Origin: a virus
Lineage: Duplodnaviria; Caudoviricetes
IMG/VR virus record: IMGVR_UViG_3300005805_000244
Coordinates: 1-35,224 of that record
Reading direction: 5' to 3' (one strand)
Length of the DNA stretch: 35,224 nt
The number at the start of each line of letters is the position of its first letter. The stretch's first letter is position 1. This document shows positions 27,447 to 35,224 of the stretch, piece after piece. Both the position numbers and the translations under genes were made by a program. The notes under the pieces are model-generated. The model was not told the DNA's origin, did no database searches, and saw only the letters and a list, made by a program, of their open reading frames with translations.

Positions 27447-27807
27447 CACCATATGCAGAGCAATGGAAATCAATGTCGATGATGTTGTATTGAATAAGAC
27501 ACGCAAGGCAGAAGTGGTCATGTGCAGACATATATGTTTCTATTTCATACAACAATATGTGAAATCAAAAGCATATCCCGATAAACCCATTGAATATGTC
27601 GCAATCGCAAGAATCTTCAACAAGAATCACGCAACAATCATTCATGCCATTCGTAAGGTCAATGACTATATGAAGTTCAATCTAAAGTTCAGAGAGCGGA
27701 TATATATCTATACGCAGATAATCGAACGGCAAATGGATGAAACACTTTGCAATTGTTGTGGTTCAAAGTTGACATTTGAAAACGCAAACAACAAATCATT
27801 GCATTGA
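27418..27807 (+). CDS. DnaA C-terminal (domain IV)-like HTH protein
   Basis: TRKAEVVMCRHI, IARIFNKNHATIIHAIRKV (compare DnaA RDHTTV.HA). Confidence 0.85.
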   Translation: MKLTPEVIIDTICRAMEINVDDVVLNKTRKAEVVMCRHICFYFIQQYVKSKAYPDKPIEYVAIARIFNKNHATIIHAIRKVNDYMKFNLKFRERIYIYTQIIERQMDETLCNCCGSKLTFENANNKSLH

Positions 27808-27869
27808 TAATTGTTAGTTCTTTCGTATCTTTAAATACAATGAAAATACAATGATAAAATCAAAACAAA

Positions 27870-28220
27870 ATGCCGAATCCCGAAAATCTTAAAAGTTGGA
27901 AGAAAGGTCAGTCTGGAAATCCAAAAGGAAAACCAAAAGGAGTTGAACATTCAAAGACAAGACTCATTCGTTTACTGCAAATCGTTCAGAAGAAAAAGAA
28001 TGCCATCACAGGAGAAAGTGAAGAGTTTAGTGTTGCAGAGCAAATGGATATGGCACTTATACTCAAGGCACTCAAAGGTGACATCAAAGCATATGCTGAA
28101 ATACTTGACCGAATAGAGGGCAAGGCAACGCAGCACATTGAAAACAAGAATGAAGTGCCATTGACAATTAAAGTAATGCGTGATGATGGAACTGGAAGTT
28201 CATCTCAAGAAACTGCATAG
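27870..28220 (+). CDS. terS: terminase small subunit (DUF5681-like)
   Basis: WKKGQSGNPKGKPKG, KALKGD..A...LDRIEGK; upstream of TerL. Confidence 0.8.
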   Translation: MPNPENLKSWKKGQSGNPKGKPKGVEHSKTRLIRLLQIVQKKKNAITGESEEFSVAEQMDMALILKALKGDIKAYAEILDRIEGKATQHIENKNEVPLTIKVMRDDGTGSSSQETA

Positions 28221-29421
28221 TGGTCAAGCAAAGGTCTTGTCTGACGCATCACGATTCAATATACTGAAGATTGGTCGCAGATGGGGAAAGACTACACTTG
28301 CCGTCCATGAATTGATTCCACAACTTGCAATCGATGGAAAGCCTGTTGCTTACTTTGCACCGACATATGGTGACTTGCATGATGTGTGGCATGAACTCAA
28401 ATACATCTTGATGTCCATCATCAGCGAAAAGAATGAACAACAAAAGCAAATGCGTTTGATTACAGGAGGAGTAATTGACTTTTGGTCAATGGATAATCCG
28501 GATTCCGGGAGAGGTCGAAAGTATGCAAGAGTTGTTGTTGATGAAGCAGAGAAGGCATCGAAGTTTAAGGAAGCTTGGCAGAATACAATCCTCCCGACAT
28601 TGATTGATTATGGTGGGGATGCTTGGATCCTGTCTACTCCCAAGTTCGGTGACACCTATTTCAAACGATTGTTTGCAAATGGTAAGGAGCAAGATGACTG
28701 GTCATCGTTCAACCTATCAACATATCAAAATCCAACAATAAGACCGGAAGAGATTGAAATAGTCAAACGCAGTATGGATGAGTTATCATTCAGATGCGAA
28801 ATACTTGCAGAGGATGTGGACATCACAAGGAATGCTTTTGCTTATGCATTTGATGAATCAAAGCACATCAGAGAATGCAGATGCAACCCATCACATTATG
28901 TGACTCTATCATTTGACTTTAATGTTGACCCTATCACTTGCACCGCATCACAACATTATGACAACACCAAGTTCTTCATCAAAGAGTTCAGACTTGAGAA
29001 CTCTGACATCTATGAACTTTGCCAACGCATCAGAGCATCATTTCCTCAATCAACATTTATGGTAACTGGAGATGCCACAGGAAGAAACCGACAAGCAATC
29101 AGCAGAGGCAATCTGAACTACTATGCAGTCATCAAATATGAATTGAAACTTGGTGATGGTCAGTTCAAACAAGGCAATGTCAACCCATCGGTGGCAGACA
29201 CAAGGGTATTGATGAACTCCATGTTGCAGAACTACAACATATACATTGACCCGAATGAATGTCCATATTTGATTCGTGACCTCAAGTATGTGGAAGTAGA
29301 TGACAAAGGTGACATCAAGAAAGACAGGAGCAGCGAAACAAGAAAGGCTGACTTATTGGATTGCATGAGGTATGACCTCTACACATTCCATCGTGATTAC
29401 ATTAAGCAAATAGGACTATGA
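28180..29421 (+). CDS. terL: terminase large subunit
   Basis: Walker A GRRWGKT, Walker B VVVDEA, STP, nuclease SFDFN and DLLDCMRY. Confidence 0.93.
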   Translation: MMMELEVHLKKLHSGQAKVLSDASRFNILKIGRRWGKTTLAVHELIPQLAIDGKPVAYFAPTYGDLHDVWHELKYILMSIISEKNEQQKQMRLITGGVIDFWSMDNPDSGRGRKYARVVVDEAEKASKFKEAWQNTILPTLIDYGGDAWILSTPKFGDTYFKRLFANGKEQDDWSSFNLSTYQNPTIRPEEIEIVKRSMDELSFRCEILAEDVDITRNAFAYAFDESKHIRECRCNPSHYVTLSFDFNVDPITCTASQHYDNTKFFIKEFRLENSDIYELCQRIRASFPQSTFMVTGDATGRNRQAISRGNLNYYAVIKYELKLGDGQFKQGNVNPSVADTRVLMNSMLQNYNIYIDPNECPYLIRDLKYVEVDDKGDIKKDRSSETRKADLLDCMRYDLYTFHRDYIKQIGL

Positions 29422-29612
29422 CAAAGAAGAGCAGAGCAAGACATATGGTCTTGGAACTTGAATTGAAATATAGCATTCAAAGAAGCAATGCACTTGAACT
29501 GGCAAAGTGGTCAGTTGAAAATACCATACGAACAATGGCATCACTTGACATCGAATCAACAAAGATGCTTGAGTATTGGAAAGATATCAGAAGAGAATTG
29601 GAGTTGCTATAA
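29418..29612 (+). CDS. hypothetical protein
   Basis: ATGA overlap; YWKDIRRELE resembles the C-terminus of 26965..27168. Confidence 0.6.
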   Translation: MTKKSRARHMVLELELKYSIQRSNALELAKWSVENTIRTMASLDIESTKMLEYWKDIRRELELL

Positions 29613-29768
29613 AAAACAAAAGCACCATAGCAACTTTCACCTTGCTTGATGCTTTGTTTCGCCACGCACACACGGGAACGCAACGATTTTTGGGAGAGGA
29701 AAATGCCGACCAACTTACGGAGTCGGTCGGCACTAACACAACACAATGAAGGGTGCAAAGAACAACAG
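29612..29768 (-). ncRNA. candidate ~155-nt small RNA
   Basis: Minus-strand TATATTTG at 29771-29778, GC-rich hairpin 29704-29732, terminator-like hairpin with U-run ending near 29612. Confidence 0.55.
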
Positions 29769-29807
29769 GACAAATATAAATAGTAATTGAATACCTATAT
29801 CAATTAG

Positions 29808-29816
29808 TTATTCACA
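29808..29816 (+). promoter_or_regulatory. DnaA-box consensus TTATTCACA between divergent promoters
   Basis: Exact TTWTNCACA match. Confidence 0.5.
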
Positions 29817-29852
29817 CGATAGCAACAATCGTGATTGTGTTTTTCAATTATG

Positions 29853-29860
29853 TATATTTG
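29853..29860 (+). promoter_or_regulatory. -7 promoter element TATATTTG
   Basis: TAnnTTTG just before ATG 29866 (near-leaderless). Confidence 0.6.
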
Positions 29861-29865
29861 CAATT

Positions 29866-30168
29866 ATGATTGACACACTACTCATCCTACTATTCAATTC
29901 ACTATTCATCATTGGACTGCATTACACTCTTCAATATGATGAGGTGGATGGTGAGGTGTTCAATGCACAAATACTTTGGAGAATCAAATACTATGCAGTC
30001 AAATATCTTGGTGACTATTGGAGCAAACCATTCGGTGGTTGTCTGATTTGTATGTCTGCATTGTGGTCGGTTCCTGTTTACTTTGCTTATTTTGATTCTT
30101 TATATTTTTATCCTCTATACATCTTTGCACTTGCTGGTGTGAATAGAATATTAATACGATTAATCTAA
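29866..30168 (+). CDS. membrane protein, DUF1360-like
   Basis: Hydrophobic segments with KP..GCLICMS.LW. Confidence 0.6.
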   Translation: MIDTLLILLFNSLFIIGLHYTLQYDEVDGEVFNAQILWRIKYYAVKYLGDYWSKPFGGCLICMSALWSVPVYFAYFDSLYFYPLYIFALAGVNRILIRLI

Positions 30169-30173
30169 CGGCT

Positions 30174-30401
30174 ATGGCAGCAATAAATGATTTTGTGTTG
30201 AACAATGGATGGACTTGCATCGGCAAATGCGGATGCCAAGTCGATATGTGGAAGTATGTCAACAAGACTTACAATGCATATGAGATACGCATTGCGGTAA
30301 ACAATTCAGAGCAATTCAGCATAAGACACCAAGACATCACACGCAAGTCCGGAAGAGGACTTGATGAGTTAAAGGTAAGATACAAGGAGTTATTTCAATG
30401 A
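30174..30401 (+). CDS. hypothetical protein (CxxxCxC)
   Basis: Operon packing. Confidence 0.6.
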   Translation: MAAINDFVLNNGWTCIGKCGCQVDMWKYVNKTYNAYEIRIAVNNSEQFSIRHQDITRKSGRGLDELKVRYKELFQ

Positions 30402-30592
30402 GTGAAGAAAACGAAATCAAACTGACGGAAGAGCAACTGGCACTTATATTCAAGGGCATCCGTCCTGATGACATCAGCAAAGAATTGTTTGATGCATTGC
30501 GTAGGGATAGGGATAAGTATATGCGTAATCGATTAAAAGGAATGTTATTTCATAATTCAAAAACCAATGGGACATATGTCAAAAAAAGTTAA
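30398..30592 (+). CDS. hypothetical protein
   Basis: ATGA overlap. Confidence 0.6.
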   Translation: MSEENEIKLTEEQLALIFKGIRPDDISKELFDALRRDRDKYMRNRLKGMLFHNSKTNGTYVKKS

Positions 30593-31235
30593 AGCTCCAT
30601 CGTATAATGGCAAGATTCAAACTGAACACCGTGTTGTTTACTCATTTACTTGTAATGGTATCGATTTTTATAAGTTTGATGATTCTATGTCTATACCTTG
30701 TGGACGCAGTTTCCATGCTCTTTCGTATTATGAAGAGCTGGAGATGCGATGCACAAAGGAGTATCTGCAAGGAACGATGACTGCAATCATTGACATTCTC
30801 AAGAGCAATGAAATAAATATCTTTGAAATCTACAAAATGTGTGAGAACACACTTGAAAGACTTGACTACATCTTCGTTCCGGACATCGTGAAGAAGTTGG
30901 CATCGGTTGTTTACTTTGATGAATCAGAGAATCCTTATTCATATGATTTCAAATATGGTGTTGAGAAGATGCAGATGTGGATGGATCATCCTGTTGAAAT
31001 CAAAGGGACTGATGAGTCATGGGAGCAAGGAATAGATTTTTTTTTGTCAAAGCCAATACGGAACTTAATGCCGTCAACCAGTTTATCCAAACAAGATTTA
31101 AAAGTCTATTTAGCAACGCTGGAGGCAATGACAAAGGAACAGGTAACAACAATTTTATCGAATCTATCAGAGAAGCATCGGAACAAAGATTTCTTCAACA
31201 TACTAAAATCGCAAACCAACACAACCTTAAACTAA
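30567..31235 (+). CDS. tail assembly chaperone (gpG-like)
   Basis: Upstream of tape measure; contains a T9 slippery run. Confidence 0.65.
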   Translation: MGHMSKKVKAPSYNGKIQTEHRVVYSFTCNGIDFYKFDDSMSIPCGRSFHALSYYEELEMRCTKEYLQGTMTAIIDILKSNEINIFEIYKMCENTLERLDYIFVPDIVKKLASVVYFDESENPYSYDFKYGVEKMQMWMDHPVEIKGTDESWEQGIDFFLSKPIRNLMPSTSLSKQDLKVYLATLEAMTKEQVTTILSNLSEKHRNKDFFNILKSQTNTTLN

Positions 31236-31336
31236 ACGAACTATATCGACTATCACTCTACGAATATTATTTGTTGATTGAAGATATGGTCATCAGTAAT
31301 GCAAAGAACAATCCACATATGGTGGACAATGGCTAA
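31037..31336 (+). CDS. -1 frameshift extension of tail chaperone (gpGT-like)
   Basis: T TTT TTT at 31037-31043; -1 frame open to 31336; ends LNELYRLSLYEYYLLIE. Confidence 0.7.
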   Translation, partial: FFFVKANTELNAVNQFIQTRFKSLFSNAGGNDKGTGNNNFIESIREASEQRFLQHTKIANQHNLKLNELYRLSLYEYYLLIEDMVISNAKNNPHMVDNG

Positions 31337-31377
31337 CAAGCAAAAGATTGAATGTATATATTTCAATTCACATATAA

Positions 31378-33993
31378 ATGCAAGATGTCGTAATTAGAAT
31401 CAAAGGTGATTCAAGTGACATAATCAAACTCGGTGAAGAACTGAAGAAGTTAGGCAAGGTCGATGCAGACAATGCCAAGCAATTTGAAGAGAACAACAAG
31501 AAACAAAAGAAAGCAACAACTGAACAATCATCAGCACTCAAAGAAATCTTTTCAGAACTGACCGATATTCGTGGTCAGTTAATTAATATAGGCAAAGGAA
31601 TTGTTGCTGCCTTTGCCGTTGATGCAATCATAAACTTTGGCAAGGAATCAATTAGAGCATTTCAAGAAGCAGAACTAAATGCAAAGAAACTGCAAGGTGC
31701 AGTAATGACAATTGGTGGTGAAGGGGATAAGGCATTTCGCAAATTGATTGACCAATCAGAACAACTGCAATCACTATCAATTTTTTCTGATGATGCCATT
31801 CAACAAGCACAAACACAACTTGTTCAATTTGGTTTGACATCAAAGGAAGTTGAAAATCTAACTCCAAAGATTCTTGATTTAGCATCTGCAACTGGAACTG
31901 ATTTAGGACAAGCAACCGATTTGGTCATTCAAGGTATCAATGGTCAAACAAGAGCATTGAAACCACTTGGACTTGAGTTTAAAAACACAGGGGATAAGGC
32001 ACAAAATCTTGCAATTGTAAGTGAGAAACTTGGAAAGTTTCAAGGTCAAACAAACGATGTATTGAATACATCATCGGGAACATTGGCAAATCTTGCAAAC
32101 AAATGGGATAATGTCAAAGAAAAAGTCGGTGAGTATCTTTTATCATTTACAGGAGCAAAACAAAAAACTGCAGTTGACTTATTGCGTGATGAACAAACGC
32201 AATTTGAAATTCTTGAAATGCGTTTGAATAGTTTGAATCCAAAATCAAAAGAGCGTGTTGAAATAATTAAAACAATGCAAGAAAAGTATCCCGGATTTCT
32301 TGCAAATGTTGATGCAGAAAAAGTATCAAATGAACAATTGACATCTGCATTGAAAAAAGTAAACAATGAATATATTGTAAAGATTGCAATCAAACAAAAT
32401 GAATTAAAGATTGAAGAGGCAAGTCAAGTTGCTGGTGAGGCAGCAGCAGAGGCAGCAACGGCAAGAGTTGCACTTGAAAAAGAATTTGCAAAATTGATAA
32501 ATGGATCAAGTAATTCACGCAAACAATATAATCAAGAACAAGTTAAAGGATTGCCTATTGACCTTGCAATTAATGAAATTCTAAACGGAAGAATTAAACT
32601 ATATGCAACAAGTAGTTCAACACTATCAAATCTTGCAGAGTTAAATAAAGAATATACTGATGCACAAATTGAAAGCGTATCTGCACAAATGACTCTTGAT
32701 GATTTATCAAAGAAATCAAAAGAAGAAGCGGTTGCGTTACAAAAAATGTTCAATGTTACTATTGCAGAAGAGTTAGATGTCAAGTCAAATCTTGGAAAGA
32801 CCGAAGACCAACTTGCAAAAGAGGCAGAAGAAAGAGCAAAGAAAGCAGAGGCAGATGCAAAGAAAAAAGCAGATGCAGAAAAGAAAGCAGCAGATGCAAA
32901 GAAAAAAGCAGCACAAGATATTATTGATGCTGAAAAACGCATTCAACAAGCATTAGCAGAAACTGCACAAATTGAGAATGAGCAATATGAAAAATATATT
33001 GATGCTCAAAAAGTCATCATTGCAACACAGGAAGAAAGAAAGATATTGTTTGCCAAAGTATATGGCGAAGAAACTGATATTTTAAATGCAGAATTTGAAA
33101 AGCAAAAGAAAGCAATCGATGAAAGATATGGCAAGGAAATCAAAGCCGTTGAAGATGCCGGAATGGATGCATCTGCATTGCGTGATGCCCAACAACTGGA
33201 ACAAGAACTTGCATATAAGGAACATCAAGACAAACTGACCGAAATAAACAAGAAAAGTGAAGAACAAAGACTGACCGACACAAAACAATCAGTCAATGAA
33301 TGGTCAAATATTTTTGGTCAGTCACTTGATGTGTTTAACAATATCAATCAAATTGCATACAATACCGATTTGCAATACTATCAAAAGCTCCTTGACAATA
33401 AACAAATCAGCGAAGAGCAATTCAATGAAAAGCAAAAGGAACTGGCAAGACGCAAGGCACAAAGGGACAAAGAGATTGCCATCTTCAACACAATTATTTC
33501 AACGGCAAGAGCTGTGACTGAAGCATTGCCAAATTTGGCATTGTCAGTTCTTGCTGGTGTTCTTGGTGCTGCACAACTTGGAGTCATCATATCACAACCC
33601 GAACCGAAACTTGCAAAGGGAACTGCATTCTTGAAAAGAGGAAAGAACCCATCAGGTATTGATACTATTCCGGCAATGTTGAATGAAGGTGAGGCGGTCA
33701 TTCCAACTGAACGCAATCTTGAGAATCCGGGTCTTGCTGATGCTTGGATCAAGGGAAATCTTGAGCAATACATCAACAATAAGTATGTTGTTCCGGCATT
33801 AAAAGCAAATCGCAAAGGATTCGATGATGAGTCATTTATCAATAAGTTGTCAAAATCAATGTCGCTGAATGCGGCATTCAATGATGGCAACTTGCTTGAG
33901 TCTGACAGAATGAGTCGCAGACTATTGATGGAGCAAAACCAATTGCTCAAAAAGATTGCCAATGGTAGCAACAAAAACCCCTATCGATTCTAA
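31378..33993 (+). CDS. tail tape measure protein
   Basis: 871 aa, Ala/Lys/Glu helical, MQDVVIRIKGD start, LAKG...DTIPAMLNEGEAVI near the C-terminus. Confidence 0.9.
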   Translation: MQDVVIRIKGDSSDIIKLGEELKKLGKVDADNAKQFEENNKKQKKATTEQSSALKEIFSELTDIRGQLINIGKGIVAAFAVDAIINFGKESIRAFQEAELNAKKLQGAVMTIGGEGDKAFRKLIDQSEQLQSLSIFSDDAIQQAQTQLVQFGLTSKEVENLTPKILDLASATGTDLGQATDLVIQGINGQTRALKPLGLEFKNTGDKAQNLAIVSEKLGKFQGQTNDVLNTSSGTLANLANKWDNVKEKVGEYLLSFTGAKQKTAVDLLRDEQTQFEILEMRLNSLNPKSKERVEIIKTMQEKYPGFLANVDAEKVSNEQLTSALKKVNNEYIVKIAIKQNELKIEEASQVAGEAAAEAATARVALEKEFAKLINGSSNSRKQYNQEQVKGLPIDLAINEILNGRIKLYATSSSTLSNLAELNKEYTDAQIESVSAQMTLDDLSKKSKEEAVALQKMFNVTIAEELDVKSNLGKTEDQLAKEAEERAKKAEADAKKKADAEKKAADAKKKAAQDIIDAEKRIQQALAETAQIENEQYEKYIDAQKVIIATQEERKILFAKVYGEETDILNAEFEKQKKAIDERYGKEIKAVEDAGMDASALRDAQQLEQELAYKEHQDKLTEINKKSEEQRLTDTKQSVNEWSNIFGQSLDVFNNINQIAYNTDLQYYQKLLDNKQISEEQFNEKQKELARRKAQRDKEIAIFNTIISTARAVTEALPNLALSVLAGVLGAAQLGVIISQPEPKLAKGTAFLKRGKNPSGIDTIPAMLNEGEAVIPTERNLENPGLADAWIKGNLEQYINNKYVVPALKANRKGFDDESFINKLSKSMSLNAAFNDGNLLESDRMSRRLLMEQNQLLKKIANGSNKNPYRF

Positions 33994-35224
33994 TGTTCAC
34001 ATTCTACTTTGACAACACGATTGTCAGCAATCCAATCAATTGGTCTGAATTGAGTGAAAAGATTGAACGCAATGATGAATTGCGTGGTCTATTCATAAAG
34101 ATTGACAAGACATTGACATTCACCGAAGATGCATATGCATATCTATATTCAATTAAATCACAATTAGGTTATTGCCAATTTGTATCGTTTCGCATATTGA
34201 AAGAATGTGGCAACACAAAGCAACAAATATTCACAGGCAACATTCGAATATCAGATTGCAAATTCAATCTTTCAAAATGCACCGTTGAATGTAGCATTGA
34301 AGATGATTCTTATGGTGCAAGGATATTCAATAATAAAAGCATAAAGACATTTATCAATAGTGGATTCAGTAAGAATGGTCTTGCAATTACTCCAGCAAAT
34401 ACATATCGTATGTTTTTGATTGAACCATCAACCAATGTTGCAAGTGTTTTATATGTTGAAGTGTTTGATGTCATGGAATGCTTTGAATATTTGGTCAAGT
34501 TTATGACTGATGGACAAATGAATGTTGTTTCTGACTGGTATACAAATCTTCCATCAAATCAAAAGATTTGCATCACAACAGGTGCAGAACTACGAAAGAA
34601 ACAACACTTGAATGTTGATGTTCCATCCATTTCATTTGATGACTTATTCAAGGAGATGAACAAGAAGTTCAATCTTGGAATGTCGGTTGAGTTAATCAAC
34701 AATGTTCAGACATTGCGTATTGAACCGATGACATACTTTTTCAATCAGACATCATCATTAAACACAAATAACATTCCAGAATTGCTTGAATACATTGATA
34801 CATACAATCTTTATTCAAATGTTAAATTGGGATGTAGCAAAGCGGTTGAGTTTGACAATACAATTCATTCGTTGCCACCCATTCGATTCTTGACATTCAA
34901 TGAAGAAAATTACATTATTCAAGGTCAATGCAACATCGATAGAGAACTTGATTTGTCGAATGACTATGTAATTGATAGCAATGTCATTGAGCAAGTTGCA
35001 TTCACAAACACAAACGATACTGGCAATGATAAAGATATTTTCATGATTCAATATGAACCATTGATGATATTGCCGACATATGTATTGTCAGTTATGTGGA
35101 ATGATATCACAACACAACCACCTGTGTTCTTCAATGAAACATTAACCAATGATAATGTTGCCTTGAGATGGGATGTGCAAGGTGCAATTGCACAATTCTT
35201 GAATGCTGGAAACACCAAGTTCAT
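33993..35224 (+). CDS. N-terminal part of tail-tip/hub-like protein (MFTFYFDNTIVSNPINW...), continuing at position 100
   Basis: ATG overlaps the TMP stop; frame open to the end of the window; missed by the ORF track because no stop occurs inside the window. Confidence 0.8.
   Translation, partial: MFTFYFDNTIVSNPINWSELSEKIERNDELRGLFIKIDKTLTFTEDAYAYLYSIKSQLGYCQFVSFRILKECGNTKQQIFTGNIRISDCKFNLSKCTVECSIEDDSYGARIFNNKSIKTFINSGFSKNGLAITPANTYRMFLIEPSTNVASVLYVEVFDVMECFEYLVKFMTDGQMNVVSDWYTNLPSNQKICITTGAELRKKQHLNVDVPSISFDDLFKEMNKKFNLGMSVELINNVQTLRIEPMTYFFNQTSSLNTNNIPELLEYIDTYNLYSNVKLGCSKAVEFDNTIHSLPPIRFLTFNEENYIIQGQCNIDRELDLSNDYVIDSNVIEQVAFTNTNDTGNDKDIFMIQYEPLMILPTYVLSVMWNDITTQPPVFFNETLTNDNVALRWDVQGAIAQFLNAGNTKF
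35126..35224 (+). repeat. 99-bp terminal overlap, copy 2
   Basis: Identical to 1-99. Confidence 0.97.

Noticed and set aside
32810-32915. AAGAAAGCAGA-type repeats
   Set aside because: They encode an ordinary Ala/Lys/Glu helical stretch of the tape measure protein
96-35051. Many minus-strand and alternate-frame ORFs in the track (e.g. 1929..2417, 10552..10992, 32532..32942, 33381..33974)
   Set aside because: They shadow longer plus-strand genes and have no motifs or leaders; only 10302..10496 is supported
35126-35224. 99-bp repeat as a biological terminal repeat or att site
   Set aside because: It falls mid-gene and its length matches a common assembler k-mer, so it is best explained as a circularisation overlap
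1-35224. Stop-codon reassignment
   Set aside because: Conserved genes are full-length in the standard code, and TAA, TGA and TAG all terminate genes at sensible boundaries

Overview
The window is a complete, circularly assembled tailed-phage genome of about 35,125 bp. The first 99 nt repeat exactly at 35126-35224, and one tail gene reads through that junction. It is probably a siphovirus of a Bacteroidota host, judged from TAnnTTTG promoters and A-rich leaders without Shine-Dalgarno motifs. Nearly all genes are on the + strand. Recognisable modules: terminase, tail chaperone with a -1 frameshift, tape measure and tail-tip genes, four glycosyltransferases plus an FkbM methyltransferase inside the virion module, portal/minor head/scaffold/major capsid, neck/tail tube/fibre, and an early/replication block (Sak4-like ATPase, Gp157, RusA-like, C5 DNA methylase, GH19 endolysin, HNH, DnaA-CTD-like protein). 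I saw no integrase, DNA polymerase, tRNA or CRISPR array. The most interesting unexplained signals: (i) a ~350-nt promoter-driven, highly structured minus-strand non-coding element with a possible pseudoknot; (ii) a second minus-strand small RNA candidate complementary to start-codon regions of the phage's own early genes; (iii) a likely virion-glycosylation system alongside Cys-rich structural proteins; (iv) context-restricted survival of GATC sites. All protein assignments come from motif recognition and synteny by eye; no database searches or folding programs were run.
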